A DNA stretch of 64,000 nt, filler included, from a bacterium (lineage in GTDB: Bacteria; UBA9089; CG2-30-40-21; SBAY01), in assembly GCA_040757115.1 (NCBI GenBank). It is 8 parts of 8 records of this genome, joined end to end, with 100 filler letters (N's around TTAATTAATTAA, not from the genome) between each part and the next. Parts side by side here need not be neighbours in the genome. Positions count along the whole stretch, not along the records: positions 59,794 to 64,000 come from JBFLYA010000298.1; 7 more parts are not named here. One strand, 5' to 3'. The notes beneath the pieces were generated by a model that saw only the letters and a program-made list of their open reading frames with translations, did not search any database and was not told where the DNA came from. How positions within the stretch are numbered: position 1 is the first letter of the stretch; each line of letters opens with the position of its first letter. Positions 61,837 to 64,000 of this stretch are shown in pieces. The position numbers and the translations under genes were made by a program.

Positions 61837-62301
61837 TCACAGCCAGATATAAAATTTCTCTCTGTATTCTACCCACTTTCTTAAACCATATTCTTTGATT
61901 TTTCTCAGATTTTGTTGAGGACTATCGCCATGAAGTGGTTTAAGAAACTCAAATTTATCGCATGCCTCGAATTCATTGCATTGCCAACAACCATCGATAT
62001 GTTTGGATTGAGCACACCCTTTAATTTTGCAAGATTGCTCACACCCATCACCGCCTAACCTACAGGGATTATCACATCTCAGTTTGATTATTGTCCCTAA
62101 AACTTCAAGGAATTTGTGGTAATGGTTAAGTTCTTTTATGGAGTTAGCTTCAACTTCTGCATAGTTGTCAAATCTATCTTTTTGTAGTTTAGTAGATAAT
62201 TCTCGTGCTAAATCAGCAGTTTTACTTCTATAGCGTATACAGTCGCCACAATATAGACCACAATATGCAGTGAGATTTGTTTCTTCCTGGTTTCTATTCA
62301 T
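61837..62301 (-). CDS. DUF3795 Cys-rich protein, integron cassette
   Basis: AYCGLYCGDC...C..PC...CKIKGC...GCWQCNEF..C. Confidence 0.82.
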   Translation of the reverse strand: MNRNQEETNLTAYCGLYCGDCIRYRSKTADLARELSTKLQKDRFDNYAEVEANSIKELNHYHKFLEVLGTIIKLRCDNPCRLGGDGCEQSCKIKGCAQSKHIDGCWQCNEFEACDKFEFLKPLHGDSPQQNLRKIKEYGLRKWVEYREKFYIWL

Positions 62302-62337
62302 TGTTTACGCTTCCTTTCCGCGAGATGTTACAATTCC

Positions 62338-62398
62338 ACATAACGACTGAGCTCAGCCGCCGAGCGTAAGCGAGGTCGGCTGCAGCGATGGGTTAGGT
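62338..62398 (-). mobile_element. attC site (61 bp)
   Basis: ACCTAAC-CCATC-GCTGCAGC...GCTGAGC-TCAGTC-GTTATGT. Confidence 0.92.
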
Positions 62399-62468
62399 GG
62401 CAATATTATGCATAAAACCTTACCCACAGGAACTGTTTAGCCCAACAATATCTCAAAAAATCTCTCTT

Positions 62469-62744
62469 TCATTTTAGAAGTGCATCTGCCTCCGATGGAG
62501 TTGCTAAAGGATAAATGTCAAAACTCACTGGTACAATGCTTAACCATTGGGTCATCAGTTTATGAAGCTCATCATTTGAAGATACATCAAAAATTACGAT
62601 AGAACCTCTCCCTACTCTGGGATAGAAACAGATTACCTTGTTTTCTGATTCTAAACCCTTAATCCAAGACCTAAATTCTGATCTCGCATTTTTTACATCT
62701 TCGAGCTTAGAAGGATGAGGAGTACTTATCACCAAATACAACAT
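62469..62744 (-). CDS. Muconolactone isomerase/DUF3303-like dimeric alpha-beta barrel protein, integron cassette
   Basis: MLYLVI...GRGSIVIFDVSSNDELHKLM..W....FDIYPL. Confidence 0.65.
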   Translation of the reverse strand: MLYLVISTPHPSKLEDVKNARSEFRSWIKGLESENKVICFYPRVGRGSIVIFDVSSNDELHKLMTQWLSIVPVSFDIYPLATPSEADALLK

Positions 62745-62778
62745 AGCTACCCTTCTTTCCTTGTTGAATTAGTTGTCC

Positions 62779-62910
62779 ACCTAACGATAAAGTTCAGGTG
62801 CGGCGGGGAGAATTACCACAAAAGTTTGATAGCAAGATAAAACTTTGAGAGACCACAAAACTCTGACCACGGCACAGTCCCCCGCCGTCAACTGCAACGC
62901 AGGGTTAGAC
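62779..62910 (-). mobile_element. Long attC site (132 bp)
   Basis: GTCTAAC-CCTGC-GTTGCAGT...CCTGAAC-TTTATC-GTTAGGT with GACGGCGGGG/CCCCGCCGC stem. Confidence 0.82.
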
Positions 62911-63097
62911 AAAAGCTCTGATTCGCTGTCTTTTCCTTTTCCTCTGCCTCACCGAATTATTGTGCATTCCACATTCACGGTTTGCCCCTAAAATATCTCC
63001 TTTTTATTTTCTCACACAAAGCCACAAAGAACACAAAGGTTTATTGTTTTATTCAATTCCTTTGTGACTTTGTGTCTCTGTGTGATTATTTTTATTA

Positions 63098-63231
63098 GTC
63101 TAACGATAGAACTCACCTGCAGCAGGGAGAATTACCACTAAACTTTCATAAGCAAGATAAAACTCTGGTAAACTACAAAACTATCTCAATCACGCCCAAC
63201 CCCTGCTGTCAGGTCCAGTGAATGGTTAGAA
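63098..63231 (-). mobile_element. Long attC site (134 bp), homologous to 62779-62910
   Basis: TTCTAAC-CATTC-ACTGGACC...GGTGAGT-TCTATC-GTTAGAC; shares GGAGAATTACCAC and AGCAAGATAAAACT. Confidence 0.82.
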
Positions 63232-63337
63232 AAAGCTGCACTTCGCCGTCTTTTTCCTTTCTTCTTTTTGATAGTTAATTCTCAATTCGAGGTCTGACCC
63301 CAATCCCTGACTGACCCCAATCCCCCGCCTTAATTTG

Positions 63338-63808
63338 TTATGCCTTATTTTTCTTCCTTTTTGATTTTTGCTTTGTATTTGTGTCAATGCGATGTCGAAA
63401 CATCCAGTAATGGGTCTTTACTCTTTGAATGTATGCCTGGTCCTGGAGAACAACTTTTTCCACCATGTCTAAAATCAGAGGTGCAATCTCCGATTGTGGA
63501 CTGGCTAAATTCAGAACTGGGCCTTTCAACTCGTCTATGATTTTCGGATCGTCATCTCCCATCCATTTCGCATAAAACTCTGGACTTTCCCACCCATAGG
63601 CAATAACTGCTTCGGCTTGTTTGGTCAGCGAAGATACAACATAGAAAAAGACCCGTCGGCAATCACAATCGGGCTCGTCACAATACATTTCGAGCAAAGA
63701 ATAATGAGCAGGTGGTAAATCCCATGATGAGTTTTCAAGTACGGTAATAGTGCGTGTTTCTCGTTCTGCTATTTTGGGAAAATAATCATGAAATAAAACA
63801 TATGGCAT
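63338..63808 (-). CDS. Conserved hypothetical, first integron cassette
   Basis: AERETR, EMYCDEPDCDCRRV, IAYGWES; AGGAG RBS just after GTTAGAC. Confidence 0.75.
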   Translation of the reverse strand: MPYVLFHDYFPKIAERETRTITVLENSSWDLPPAHYSLLEMYCDEPDCDCRRVFFYVVSSLTKQAEAVIAYGWESPEFYAKWMGDDDPKIIDELKGPVLNLASPQSEIAPLILDMVEKVVLQDQAYIQRVKTHYWMFRHRIDTNTKQKSKRKKNKA

Positions 63809-63823
63809 TTATCTTCTCCTTAT

Positions 63824-63860
63824 GTCTAACCTTAGATTATACTGCCTATTGGCAGTTTTA
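63824..63860 (-). mobile_element. Putative attI site
   Basis: GTTAGAC core starting cassette 1 without an attC stem upstream; preceded by GGCAGTATAAT motif repeated at 63970-63984. Confidence 0.6.
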
Positions 63861-63890
63861 TATTACTGCATTATAAGTTAGGCTATTTAT

Positions 63891-63919
63891 AGAGTAGCAT
63901 AAATAAAATATTCTGTCAA
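63891..63919 (-). promoter_or_regulatory. Putative Pc cassette promoter
   Basis: Minus strand TTGACA-N17-TACTCT with TG extension, pointing into the array. Confidence 0.65.
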
Positions 63920-64000
63920 GAAAAATTTTAATATCAAAATTAGAAAATACTGAAAAATAACATCCTGGTATTATACTGCCTATTAGCGGTTTTTATTTTA

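Noticed and set aside
60313-63231. CRISPR array
   Set aside because: Repeats are divergent palindromes separated by gene-sized cassettes; they fit attC, and no cas genes are present.
1-64000. rRNA, tRNA or riboswitch genes
   Set aside because: None recognised by eye; an Infernal/tRNAscan run would be needed to exclude them.

Overview
This window is not contiguous DNA. It is eight AT-rich bacterial contigs joined by 100-nt N-TTAATTAATTAA-N spacers; the six internal contigs fall steadily in length from 8544 to 8306 bp, consistent with a length-sorted metagenome-assembled genome. Neighbourhoods are therefore valid only within 1-8612, 8713-17256, 17357-25881, 25982-34377, 34478-42843, 42944-51287, 51388-59693 and 59794-64000. 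Contig 1: GAF-GGDEF cyclase, DUF2723+TPR membrane glycosyltransferase, a secreted beta-propeller, a truncated DUF2723 paralog and a PilO/GspM-like gene. Contig 2: two membrane-anchored HEAT-repeat genes upstream of a >1890-aa secreted protein with a candidate permuted papain-like N-terminal domain. Contig 3: a surface-polysaccharide locus containing a TPP-dependent E1 alpha/beta pair. Contig 4: nuoI-H-J-K-L with a toxin-antitoxin or defence-like module in every gene junction. Contig 5: a phenylphosphate-synthase-like dikinase pair next to an HD-domain histidine kinase and a double-receiver regulator, then flgB-flgC. Contig 6: FlgM-like, radical SAM and Fic genes. Contig 7: tuf, Rpn, htpX, PASTA and DUF2723. 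Contig 8: an integron cassette array with seven attC sites, a putative attI and Pc promoter, and two non-coding cassettes. Intergenic DNA is filled with nested MITE-like elements built from 7/8/9-mer inverted tandem repeats, some still holding internally deleted four-helix-bundle or GxxExxY gene remnants. Family names come from motif recognition only; no database searches were run. No rRNA, tRNA or CRISPR array was seen.
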